Made by a program: the position numbers and the translations under genes
Source of the DNA: Stellaceae bacterium
GTDB taxonomy: Bacteria > Pseudomonadota > Alphaproteobacteria > ATCC43930 > CGMCC-115725
Length of the DNA stretch: 38,295 bases
Direction: 5' to 3'
Assembly (NCBI GenBank): GCA_036000945.1
Contig: DASYUS010000083.1
Location: forward strand, 1-38,295
Part shown: piece after piece, positions 16,257-24,614 of the stretch
How the letters are laid out: every line of letters starts with the position of its first letter
How positions within the stretch are numbered: position 1 is the first letter of the stretch
Notes under the pieces: model-generated
The model's input: the letters and a program-made list of their open reading frames with translations, nothing else
What the model was told of the DNA's origin: nothing
The model's database searches: none

Positions 16257-17824
16257 CGGTGCGCGAATCGGTGCAGGTTGCCGTCATCGGCTGCGGCTAT
16301 TGGGGCCGCAACCTGGTGCGCAACTTTGCCGAGTTGGGCGCCCTCGCCGCGATCTGCGATCCCGATCGGGAAACGGCCGGGGTGCTGTCCGAGCGGTACG
16401 GCGCGCCGCTGCGCGACCTCGACGCGGTGCTGCGCGACCCGGAGATCGCCGCCGTCGCGATCGCCGCACCGGCCGCGCAGCACGCCACGCTGACGCGCGC
16501 CGCGATCGCCGCCGAGAAGCACGTCTTCGTCGAAAAACCGCTCGCCCTCGGCGTGGCGGAGGCCGAAAGCCTCTGCGCGCTTGCCGAGCGCCACGACCGC
16601 CGGCTGATGGTCGGCCACCTCTTGCAATACCACCCGGCCTTTATCGCGTTGCGCGATTTGGTGCGCGAGGGCGCGCTCGGGCGGCTGCAATACCTCTATT
16701 CGAACCGCCTAAACCTCGGCAAGGTGCGGCGAGAGGAAGACATCTTGTGGTCGTTCGCGCCGCACGATCTGTCGATGATCCTCACGCTGGTCGGCGCCGA
16801 GCCGACCGCCGTCACCGCCTCGGGCGGCTCCTGGCTGCACAAGACGATCGCCGACGTGACGACGACGCACCTCGCCTTCCCCGGCGGCGAGCAGGCACAT
16901 GTCTTCGTCTCCTGGCTACACCCGTTCAAGGAGCAGAAGCTCGTCGTCATCGGCGACCGGGCGATGGCGGTGCTCGACGACGGCGAGGACTGGAGCCGCA
17001 AGCTCGTCGTGTATCCGCACCGCATCGAATGGCGCGAGACGCTCCCGGTGCCGATGCGCGCCGAGGCGAGCCCGGTGAGCCTTGTCGAAGGCGAGCCGCT
17101 GCACCTCGAATGCCGGCATTTCCTCGATTGCGTCGCGACCGGGGCGCGGCCGCGCACTGACGGCGCAGAGGGGCTGCGCGTGCTGCGCGTCTTGGCGCGC
17201 GCCAGCGCCGCGCTGTCGGCGCCGGTTGCCGACGACAGCGCGCCGCGCGCAGCCGATCCGGGCGGCGTCCAGATCCACCCGAGCGCCTTTATCGACGAGC
17301 CGTCGGAGATCGGCGCCGGCACCCGTATCTGGCATTTTGTCCATGTCCTGCCGCGCACCCGGATCGGGCGCGACTGCTCGCTCGGGCAGAACGTCATGGC
17401 CGGTCCGGACGTCACAATCGGTGATCGCTGCAAGATCCAGAACAACGTCTCGATCTATCAGGGCGTGACCTTGGAGGACGGCGTCTTCTGCGGCCCGTCC
17501 TGCGTCTTCACCAACGTCGCCAACCCGCGAGCCGAGGTCGAGCGCAAGGCCGAGTTCCGCCCGACCCTGGTCCGGCGCGGCGCGACGATCGGCGCCAACG
17601 CCACCGTGGTCTGCGGCCACACGGTCGGCGAATACGCCTTCATCGCCGCCGGCGCGGTCGTGACCCGGGATGTCCCGGCCTTCGCGCTGATGGCCGGCGT
17701 ACCGGCGCGGCGGATCGGCTGGGTGAGCCACGACGGCGAGCGGCTCGGCGCCGACCTCGCCTGCCGGCGCTCCGGCCGCCGCTATCGCCAAGTCGGCCCC
17801 GAGCGGATCGAGGAGATCGTTTGA
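16250..17824 (+). CDS. Bifunctional fusion: Gfo/Idh/MocA oxidoreductase (WbpB/WlbA-like sugar 3-dehydrogenase) plus left-handed beta-helix N-acetyltransferase (WbpD/WlbB-like)
   Basis: The N-terminal domain has [17 protein letters not shown] and [10 protein letters not shown]. An Ala/Pro/Asp linker spans residues ~321-339 (nt ~17210-17266). The C-terminal hexapeptide repeats read [25 protein letters not shown]...[28 protein letters not shown]...[13 protein letters not shown]. Confidence 0.85.
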   Translation: MLTVRESVQVAVIGCGYWGRNLVRNFAELGALAAICDPDRETAGVLSERYGAPLRDLDAVLRDPEIAAVAIAAPAAQHATLTRAAIAAEKHVFVEKPLALGVAEAESLCALAERHDRRLMVGHLLQYHPAFIALRDLVREGALGRLQYLYSNRLNLGKVRREEDILWSFAPHDLSMILTLVGAEPTAVTASGGSWLHKTIADVTTTHLAFPGGEQAHVFVSWLHPFKEQKLVVIGDRAMAVLDDGEDWSRKLVVYPHRIEWRETLPVPMRAEASPVSLVEGEPLHLECRHFLDCVATGARPRTDGAEGLRVLRVLARASAALSAPVADDSAPRAADPGGVQIHPSAFIDEPSEIGAGTRIWHFVHVLPRTRIGRDCSLGQNVMAGPDVTIGDRCKIQNNVSIYQGVTLEDGVFCGPSCVFTNVANPRAEVERKAEFRPTLVRRGATIGANATVVCGHTVGEYAFIAAGAVVTRDVPAFALMAGVPARRIGWVSHDGERLGADLACRRSGRRYRQVGPERIEEIV

Positions 17825-18981
17825 TGGCCGACACTACGATCCTCGCCCCCGAGCGGATCGCCTTCGTCGATCTCGCCGCGCAGCGCCGGTCTATCGGCGC
17901 GCGCATGGACGAAGCGATCCGTCGCGTCGTCGATCACGGCCAGTTCATCCTCGGCCCCGAGGTCGCCGAGCTGGAGCGCCGCCTCGCCGAGTTCTGCGGC
18001 GCGAAACACGCGTTGAGCTGCGCCAACGGCACCGATGCGCTAGGGCTGGCGGCAATGGCCAAGGGGCTGGCGCCGGGCCAGGCCGTGCTCGTGCCGTCCT
18101 TCACGTTTGCCGCGACCGCCGAGATCGTCGCCTGGTTCGACGCGACCCCGGTGTTTGTCGATGTCCGCGACGACACGTTCAACCTCGACCCGGATAGCCT
18201 CGTCGCCGGCATTGCCGCCGCCCGGCGGCTAGGGCTAGACCCGGTCGGCATCATCCCGGTCGATCTGTTCGGCCTACCCGCCGCCTACGACGAGATCCTG
18301 GCGATTGCCGCCGCGCACGGCCTCTGGGTGATCTGCGACGCCGCCCAGAGCTTCGGCGCCAGCTACCGGGGCCGCCCGGTCGGCACGCTCGGTGATTTGA
18401 CGACGACAAGCTTTTTCCCGTCGAAGCCGCTCGGCTGCTATGGCGACGGTGGCGCCATCTTCCTCGATGACGATGCGATGATGGCGGTGCTGAAGAGCCT
18501 GCGCGTGCATGGCCAGGGCAGCGACAAATACGACAATGTGCGGGTCGGCATGAATGCCCGGCTGGACACGATCCAGGCGGCGGTGCTGCTCGAAAAGCTG
18601 CGGGTCTTCGCCGGCGAGATTGCCGCGCGCGAGCGCGTGGCGGCGCGCTACGGCGCCCTCCTGCGCGACCTCGTGCACGTCCCGGAAGTGCCGGCCGGCC
18701 TCACCAGCGTCTGGGCGCAATACACTGTGCGGCTGCCGTCCGGCGCCGACCGCGACGACGTTGCCGCCCGGCTCAAGGCCGCGGGCGTGCCGAGCGCGGT
18801 CTACTACGCCAAGCCCTTGCACCGGCAGACCGCCTACCGCGGCTATCCCATCGCCGGCAACGGCTTGCCGGTGTCCGAGCGCCTCGCCGCCGAGGTGCTG
18901 AGCCTGCCGATGCACCCCTATCTCGACGAGCGCGTGCAGGACCGCATCGCCGCCGCGCTGGCGGAGGCGCTCGGGCAATGA
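17824..18981 (+). CDS. DegT/DnrJ/EryC1/StrS-family PLP-dependent sugar aminotransferase (WbpE/WlbC-like)
   Basis: GQFILGPEVAELERRLAEF, CANGTDAL and SFFPSKPLGCYGDGGA (PLP lysine) are present. The ATG at 17824 shares its A with the upstream TGA. Confidence 0.88.
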   Translation: MADTTILAPERIAFVDLAAQRRSIGARMDEAIRRVVDHGQFILGPEVAELERRLAEFCGAKHALSCANGTDALGLAAMAKGLAPGQAVLVPSFTFAATAEIVAWFDATPVFVDVRDDTFNLDPDSLVAGIAAARRLGLDPVGIIPVDLFGLPAAYDEILAIAAAHGLWVICDAAQSFGASYRGRPVGTLGDLTTTSFFPSKPLGCYGDGGAIFLDDDAMMAVLKSLRVHGQGSDKYDNVRVGMNARLDTIQAAVLLEKLRVFAGEIAARERVAARYGALLRDLVHVPEVPAGLTSVWAQYTVRLPSGADRDDVAARLKAAGVPSAVYYAKPLHRQTAYRGYPIAGNGLPVSERLAAEVLSLPMHPYLDERVQDRIAAALAEALGQ

Positions 18982-19967
18982 CGATCCTCGTCACCGGCGC
19001 CGCCGGGTTTATCGGCGCGGCCCTCGCCGAACGCCTATTGCGCGACGGCGAGAGCGTCTTCGGCATCGACAGTTTCACGCCCTATTACGACGTGGCGCTG
19101 AAAGAGGCGCGCGTCGCCCGCCTGACGCCGCACAACGCCTTCCGCTTCGAGCGTCTCGATATCACCGACCGCGGCGCGATGACCGATCTGTTCACCCGCG
19201 AGCCTTTCGACACGATCGTCCATCTCGCCGCCCAGGTCGGCGTGCGTTACTCGCTCGAAGCCCCGCTGACCTACGTCGACGCAAACCTGCTCGGCTTTGC
19301 CCATATCATCGATGGCGCGAAGGCCCAGCAGGTCCGCCATTTCGTCTTCGCCTCGACGAGCGCCGTCTATGGCGCCAACCGCAAGCTGCCGTTTTCGGAA
19401 ACGGACAACGTCGATCATCCGATCACGCTCTACGGCGCGACCAAAAAGGCCAACGAACTGGCGGCGCACAGCTATGCCCACCTCTACGGCATCCCCGCTA
19501 CCGGGCTGCGCTTCTTTACCGTGTACGGTCCCTGGGGACGCCCCGACATGGCGCTCCCCAAATTCACCCGGGCGATCCTCGCGGGCGAGCCGATCCCGGT
19601 ATTCAACGAGGGCCATCTCGTCCGCGATTTCACCTATATCGACGACGTCGTCGAGGCGGTCGTGCGGGTGATGGCAATCCCACCCGCCGGCGGCGAGGGC
19701 GAAAGCGCCGCGCCCTACCGCATCTTCAACATCGGCAACAGCCGCCCGGTCGAGCTCATTCATTACATCCGGACGCTTGAAGCCTGCCTCGGCCGCAAGG
19801 CTCGGCTTGAACTGTTGCCGATGCAGCCCGGCGACATGCAGGCGACAGCGGCCGATGTCAGCCGCCTCGAAGCCGCCACCGGCTACCGCCCGACGACGAC
19901 GGTCGAACAAGGTGTCGCCCGCTATGTCGAGTGGTACCTCGAGCATTACCGGGTCGCGCGCCCGTGA
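18978..19967 (+). CDS. Extended-SDR NAD-dependent epimerase (UDP-glucuronate 4-epimerase-like)
   Basis: ILVTGAAGFIG, YGATKKANE (YxxxK) and RFFTVYGPWGRPDMA resemble LpsL/Cap1J-type uronate 4-epimerases. ATGA overlap with the upstream gene. Confidence 0.8.
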   Translation: MTILVTGAAGFIGAALAERLLRDGESVFGIDSFTPYYDVALKEARVARLTPHNAFRFERLDITDRGAMTDLFTREPFDTIVHLAAQVGVRYSLEAPLTYVDANLLGFAHIIDGAKAQQVRHFVFASTSAVYGANRKLPFSETDNVDHPITLYGATKKANELAAHSYAHLYGIPATGLRFFTVYGPWGRPDMALPKFTRAILAGEPIPVFNEGHLVRDFTYIDDVVEAVVRVMAIPPAGGEGESAAPYRIFNIGNSRPVELIHYIRTLEACLGRKARLELLPMQPGDMQATAADVSRLEAATGYRPTTTVEQGVARYVEWYLEHYRVARP

Positions 19968-20002
19968 CACCCGCCGCGGCACGACTTCACCCAATTTCCG
20001 GC

Positions 20003-20077
20003 ATTCCCCGCGAAAGCGGGGACCCACCAATCCGCTTCCGAGACGCTGACAAGCGGGTCCCCGCTTTCGCGGGGAAT
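20003..20077. repeat. Double-hairpin REP element (family 2): perfect 22-bp inverted repeat
   Basis: ATTCCCCGCGAAAGCGGGGACC (20003-20024) pairs with GGTCCCCGCTTTCGCGGGGAAT (20056-20077) across a 31-nt spacer. Each arm is itself a hairpin (CCCCGC-GAAA-GCGGGG). Confidence 0.8.
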
Positions 20078-20142
20078 GCGATGGACTTGGGGAAAAGGGG
20101 CAGCGCGCCCACGCCGCCGCTTAACTGCAAGCAGACGCAACG

Positions 20143-20997
20143 ATGACGACGACGAACCTTGCCGATTCCGCCGCAACGCTTATTCGAGGGACCGGAGCTG
20201 CACCTCGGGACCCGCTTTTGGCGGATCTGAGCGAAGGCCTCGGCCGCTATCATTTGTGGTTCAATCTCGGCTGGAACGACATCCGCTCGCGCTATCGCCG
20301 CACCGTGCTCGGCCCGTTCTGGACCGTGCTCAGCACGGCGACGCTGGTCGGCGCGCTCGGCATGGTCAACGCGATCCTGTGGAAAACGCCGGTCGCGACC
20401 TATCTGCCGTTCTTTTGCGCGGGTTACATCTCGTGGCTGCTTTTGGTCACCATCGTCACCGAGAGCGGCACCGCTTTCATCGTTGCCGAGACGACGATCA
20501 AGGCGATCCGCATCCCCTATTCGATCTTCATCTTCCGGGTGCTGACGCGCAACGTCATCGTTTTCGGGCACAACCTGGTCATCTTCATCGTTGTCGCGCT
20601 GATTTTTCGCCCACCACTGTCGCTGGCGACGCTGCTGCTGCCGCTCGGCATGGCGCTCGCGGTCGTCAATTACGCCTGGATCAGCCTCTTGCTGGCGGTG
20701 ATCGGCGCCCGGTTCCGCGACATCATTCCGCTGGTGGCGAACCTCTCGACCGTCCTCTTCTTCGTCACCCCGATCTTCTGGCAGCCGTCGCAGCTCGATG
20801 CGGTGCCGGCGGCGCGGTTTGCCCTCGCCGACGCCAATTTCGCCTATCACCTGATCGAGGTTATCCGCGCGCCGCTGCTCGGGCAGGTCCCGGATCTCTT
20901 GTCGTATCTCTATCTAGCGGTCGCCGCGGTTCTCGGCTTCGCGCTCGCCTCGCTGCTGCTGCGGCATTTCTACAACCGCCTCGCTTATTGGTTGTAG
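20143..20997 (+). CDS. wzm: ABC-2 type polysaccharide export permease (Wzm/KpsM-like)
   Basis: 284 aa. It has about six hydrophobic helices. The N-terminal W.N.GWNDIRSRYRRTVLGPFW motif is typical of the ABC-2 O-antigen, teichoic acid and capsule permeases. Confidence 0.85.
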   Translation: MTTTNLADSAATLIRGTGAAPRDPLLADLSEGLGRYHLWFNLGWNDIRSRYRRTVLGPFWTVLSTATLVGALGMVNAILWKTPVATYLPFFCAGYISWLLLVTIVTESGTAFIVAETTIKAIRIPYSIFIFRVLTRNVIVFGHNLVIFIVVALIFRPPLSLATLLLPLGMALAVVNYAWISLLLAVIGARFRDIIPLVANLSTVLFFVTPIFWQPSQLDAVPAARFALADANFAYHLIEVIRAPLLGQVPDLLSYLYLAVAAVLGFALASLLLRHFYNRLAYWL

Positions 20998-21000
20998 CCC

Positions 21001-21759
21001 ATGGCCTCGATGGTTCTCGACAAGGTCTGCGTCGATTTTCCGATCTACGATTCCGATCGCAGCCTCAGGAAGCTCTTGTTTCGCGGCAAGGTCGGCGGCA
21101 TCGTCCGGAGCGACGGATCGCGGCGCCACCGCGTAACCGTGCGCGGTCTCGACAATCTGTCGTTCGAGCTGCATGACGGCGACCGGCTCGGCGTCATCGG
21201 CCATAACGGCGCCGGCAAGTCGACGCTGCTGCGGGTGATGGCCGGCGCCTACCGACCGTCGAGTGGCACGATCGCCGTCGACGGCGAGGTCTCCTCGCTG
21301 CTGACCCTGGGGATGGGCTTCGACACCGACGACACCGGCTTCGAGAACCTCTACACCGGGTGCCTCTATCTCGGCATGACGCCGCGGCAGATCCGGGCGA
21401 AAACCGATGCGATCGCCGAGTTCACCGAGCTCGGCGAATATTTGCGGATGCCGGTGCGCACCTATTCGAGCGGCATGCAGGTGCGCCTCTCGTTCGCCAT
21501 CGCGACGGCAATCGACCCCGACATCCTGCTGCTTGACGAGGTGCTGGGGGCCGGCGACGCACATTTCATGTTGAAGGCGCAGCAGCGCATCGAGGATTTG
21601 ATGTCGCGGGCGAGCCTCCTGGTGCTCGCCTCTCACTCCACCGAGGTCATCCGCCAGTTCTGCACCAAGGCGATGCTGCTGCATTCCGGCCGCATCGAGG
21701 CGTTCGGCGATGTCGAGAGCACGCTGGCGGCTTACGAAAAATGGGTCGCGACCGAGTGA
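21001..21759 (+). CDS. wzt: Polysaccharide export ABC transporter ATP-binding protein (Wzt/KpsT/TagH-like), short form without a C-terminal carbohydrate-binding domain
   Basis: Walker A is GHNGAGKST, the signature is YSSGMQVRL and Walker B is ILLLDE. The protein is only 252 aa. Confidence 0.88.
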   Translation: MASMVLDKVCVDFPIYDSDRSLRKLLFRGKVGGIVRSDGSRRHRVTVRGLDNLSFELHDGDRLGVIGHNGAGKSTLLRVMAGAYRPSSGTIAVDGEVSSLLTLGMGFDTDDTGFENLYTGCLYLGMTPRQIRAKTDAIAEFTELGEYLRMPVRTYSSGMQVRLSFAIATAIDPDILLLDEVLGAGDAHFMLKAQQRIEDLMSRASLLVLASHSTEVIRQFCTKAMLLHSGRIEAFGDVESTLAAYEKWVATE

Positions 21760-21769
21760 GGGAAGAGTA

Positions 21770-22444
21770 ATGGCTCGCGCCGAGCGCCTGATCACCATCG
21801 TCTTCTTCGGCGATTCGATCACCGAAGGTCAATACGTTACGCCGCCGTTGCGTTGGGTCGACATCGTCTCGGGCGGGCTCCAGCTGCGCTATCGCGACGA
21901 CCCGTTCAACCTGCTCGTCCTGGTGCGCGGCGTTTCCGGCGAGACGACGCGCCAGGCTTTGGAACGTTTTCCGCGCGACTTGCAGGCGCACACCCCCGAT
22001 ATCGTCACCCTGCAATACGGCCTCAACGACTGCAATTGCTGGCTGACCGACCACGGCCTGCCGCGCGTTAGCGAGGCGGCCTTTCGCGCCAACCTCGTTG
22101 AGATGATCGAGCGGGCGCGGCGTTTCGGCGCCCGTGAAATCATCCTCTCGAACAATCACCCGACCTTGCGCCACAAGCCGCTGCTCGACGGCCTGACGCT
22201 CGAACAGCGCCGGCGCCGCTACAACGAAATCGTCGCCGATGTCGCTGCCGAGACCGGCGTCACCTCGTGCGACATCGAGGCCGGCTTTGCCGGCTTGGAC
22301 GATGCTGCGCTGGCTGGGCAGCTGATCCCATACCCCGACCTCTTGCACCTGAGCGAAGCGGGTCATCGCCGCTATGCCTCGCTGATCGGCCCCTATGTCG
22401 AGCGCGCCGTCGAGGAAATCATGGCCGCAAGGGAGCTGCGCTAG
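21770..22444 (+). CDS. SGNH/GDSL-family hydrolase (esterase or acyl-modifying enzyme)
   Basis: Block I is VFFGDSITEG, block III is YGLNDC and block V is DLLHLSEAGH. ATG 21770 follows GGGAAGAG. Confidence 0.8.
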   Translation: MARAERLITIVFFGDSITEGQYVTPPLRWVDIVSGGLQLRYRDDPFNLLVLVRGVSGETTRQALERFPRDLQAHTPDIVTLQYGLNDCNCWLTDHGLPRVSEAAFRANLVEMIERARRFGAREIILSNNHPTLRHKPLLDGLTLEQRRRRYNEIVADVAAETGVTSCDIEAGFAGLDDAALAGQLIPYPDLLHLSEAGHRRYASLIGPYVERAVEEIMAARELR

Positions 22445-22446
22445 CG

Positions 22447-23232
22447 ATGCCGCCGCGCGCCCACAAGACGGCGACCGACGCCCATTGGAACGACCGCGCC
22501 GCGGCCGAGCGCGATCCCCGCAAGGTCAACATCGCCGACCTCGTGCAGCGCGGCCTCGAAAACGCCTTCATCCTCGATCGCCTGCTGCCGACCGACCGGG
22601 TGCTCGAAGTCGGCTGCGGCAACGGCTATCTGACCGAGGAATTGCGCCGCCGGGCGCACCACGTCAGCAGCTTCGACTTTTCCGAGCAGATGATTGCCGA
22701 GGCGGTAGAGCGCGTCGGCGAACGCAACAACCGCTTCTACGTCGGCTCGGTGCTCGACCCGGAAACTGTCTCCGAAACCTACGATGTCGTCGTCTGTGTG
22801 CGCGTGCTGATCAACCTGGCCGGCATCGACGAGCAGAAACAGGCGATCGGCAACATGGCGCGGTGGACAAAGCCAAGCGGGTATCTGCTCCTCGTCGAAG
22901 GCTACCGTGACGGGTTCGATGCATTGAACGGCTTGCGCCGGCAATGCGGCCTGCCATCGTTCGCGCCAGCGCCGATCAACTACTACGCGCCATTCGCCGC
23001 GCTGTGGCCGACCGTCGGCGAATTCTTCGAGCCGGCCGGCGAGTGGCACAGCGGGATGTACGATGTGCTGACCCGCATCGTCTATCCGCTCCTGGTCGGG
23101 GCGGAAGAGGCCACTGGCCCCGGCGAGTTTCACGAGCGCATCGCGCCGCTCGCCCGGATACTCAACCCCGCTGGCCTCTTGCCCTACGCGCGGCTGCGCG
23201 GCCTCGCGCTGACGCGCCGGGGGACGCCATGA
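22447..23232 (+). CDS. Class I SAM-dependent methyltransferase
   Basis: Motif I is VLEVGCGNGYLT. The post-I acidic residue is in VSSFDFSEQM. DVVVCVRVLINL is also present. Confidence 0.8.
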   Translation: MPPRAHKTATDAHWNDRAAAERDPRKVNIADLVQRGLENAFILDRLLPTDRVLEVGCGNGYLTEELRRRAHHVSSFDFSEQMIAEAVERVGERNNRFYVGSVLDPETVSETYDVVVCVRVLINLAGIDEQKQAIGNMARWTKPSGYLLLVEGYRDGFDALNGLRRQCGLPSFAPAPINYYAPFAALWPTVGEFFEPAGEWHSGMYDVLTRIVYPLLVGAEEATGPGEFHERIAPLARILNPAGLLPYARLRGLALTRRGTP

Positions 23233-24548
23233 AGCGCGCCTTCAACGTCCTCCTGATCGTCCACACGGCGGCGGAGCGGGCCGGCACGACGCGCGAGCAC
23301 GTCGCGGCGCTGATGCGCTCGACGCGACACCATGTCGTCAAGATCGACAACGCCGTCGCGCATATCGTCAACTTTGCCGATTTCGACGTGATCGCGCTGC
23401 ATTACTCGCTGGTGATCGCCAACCCGGCCTACCTGTCGGACCGCGTGCGCGAGAAAATCGTCCGGTTTCGCGGCCTCAAGCTCGTCTTCATCCAGGACGA
23501 ATATCGCTGGATCGACGCCACTGCCGCGGCGATCCGCGACCTCGGCATCAGCGTCGTCTTTTCGCTGATCGACCCGAAAACCGTCCGCAAAGTGTACCAT
23601 CACGCGTTTCTCGCCAATGTCCGCTTCGAACACACGCTGACCGGCTTCGTCTCGCCGCTTCTGCGGGATTGCCGGGTCCCCGACTATGCTGCCCGGCCGA
23701 TCGATGTCGGCTACCGGGCGCGCAAGCTGACCTCGTGGGTCGGCTCCCATTCTCTGCAGAAATGGCAGATCGCCGACGCGTTCTGCGCCGGTGCGCGTCG
23801 CTACGGCCTCACCGTCGACATCTCGACCCGTGAGGAAGACCGGATTTACGGCAGGCGCTGGGTCCGCTTCCTCGCCGATTGCAAGGCCACGCTCGGAACC
23901 GAAAGCGGCGCCAGCGTGCTCGACTACACCGACGAAATCCGCTGCAACGTCGAAGCCTACCTGACGCAGCATCCCGCAGCCGAATTCGCCGAATTGCGCG
24001 ACCGCTTCTTCGCCGACATCGACGGCAGGGTGATGATGAACGTCATCTCGCCGCGTTGCTTCGAAGCGGCGGCGCTGCGCACGCTGATGGTCATGTATCC
24101 GGGCGAATATGGCGGCATCCTCGAGCCGGGGCGGCACTACGTCGTCCTCGAACCCGACCAGTCGAACCTCGACGAGGTGGTGGCGACGATCCGTTCGCCG
24201 GCGCGCGCCCGGGCGATCATCGAGCGGGCCTACCGCGAAATCGCCTGCTGCGACGATTTCGGCTTCGCCGCACTCGGCCGGCATTTCGACCGGGTGATCG
24301 GTGCGGAGGGTCACGCGGTCCGGACAGGCGGTACTGGGGTGGAACTCGACCTGCGAACGCGTCTGCGGGGGGCATTGTCGGGTCAGGCATGGCGGCTGCG
24401 CATACGGTTGGCCGAGACGGCGATGCGCTGGGAACCGGTTGTGCGCCGCTGGGCGAAGAGCGTCCTGCCGGATAGAATTTACATTCGTCTCGGAAGCAGC
24501 TCACGTCAGCTGCGCCGGGTGGCCAAGCGCTGGATCCTCGGCGTTTAA
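23229..24548 (+). CDS. CgeB-like (Glyco_trans_1_2-type) putative glycosyltransferase, paralogue 1, with a basic amphipathic C-terminal tail
   Basis: The C-terminal half reads ISPRCFEAAALRTLMVMYPGEYGGILEPGRHYVVLEPD...AIIERAY. CKATLGTESGASV and ARPIDVGYRARK are shared with the protein at 29646. ATGA overlap with the methyltransferase. Confidence 0.6.
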   Translation: MKRAFNVLLIVHTAAERAGTTREHVAALMRSTRHHVVKIDNAVAHIVNFADFDVIALHYSLVIANPAYLSDRVREKIVRFRGLKLVFIQDEYRWIDATAAAIRDLGISVVFSLIDPKTVRKVYHHAFLANVRFEHTLTGFVSPLLRDCRVPDYAARPIDVGYRARKLTSWVGSHSLQKWQIADAFCAGARRYGLTVDISTREEDRIYGRRWVRFLADCKATLGTESGASVLDYTDEIRCNVEAYLTQHPAAEFAELRDRFFADIDGRVMMNVISPRCFEAAALRTLMVMYPGEYGGILEPGRHYVVLEPDQSNLDEVVATIRSPARARAIIERAYREIACCDDFGFAALGRHFDRVIGAEGHAVRTGGTGVELDLRTRLRGALSGQAWRLRIRLAETAMRWEPVVRRWAKSVLPDRIYIRLGSSSRQLRRVAKRWILGV

Positions 24549-24614
24549 CGACCGCCGGCGGACGCGGGCCGGCCGGCACTATTTTGGACACAGCGCAGGC
24601 GAAGAGGCCAGACC

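Noticed and set aside
19987-20850. 287-aa minus-strand ORF across the REP element and wzm
   Set aside because: It is antisense to the clearly hydrophobic Wzm permease. It has an Arg/Asp/Glu-rich, repetitive translation, so it is a shadow ORF.
24549-24614. GC palindrome (CCGCCGGCGG...GGCCGGCCGGC followed by ACTATTTT) as an internal terminator before the AsnB-like gene
   Set aside because: The stem is short and imperfect and the T-run is only 4 nt. That is insufficient to call a terminator; it may merely be a spacer with a weak internal promoter.
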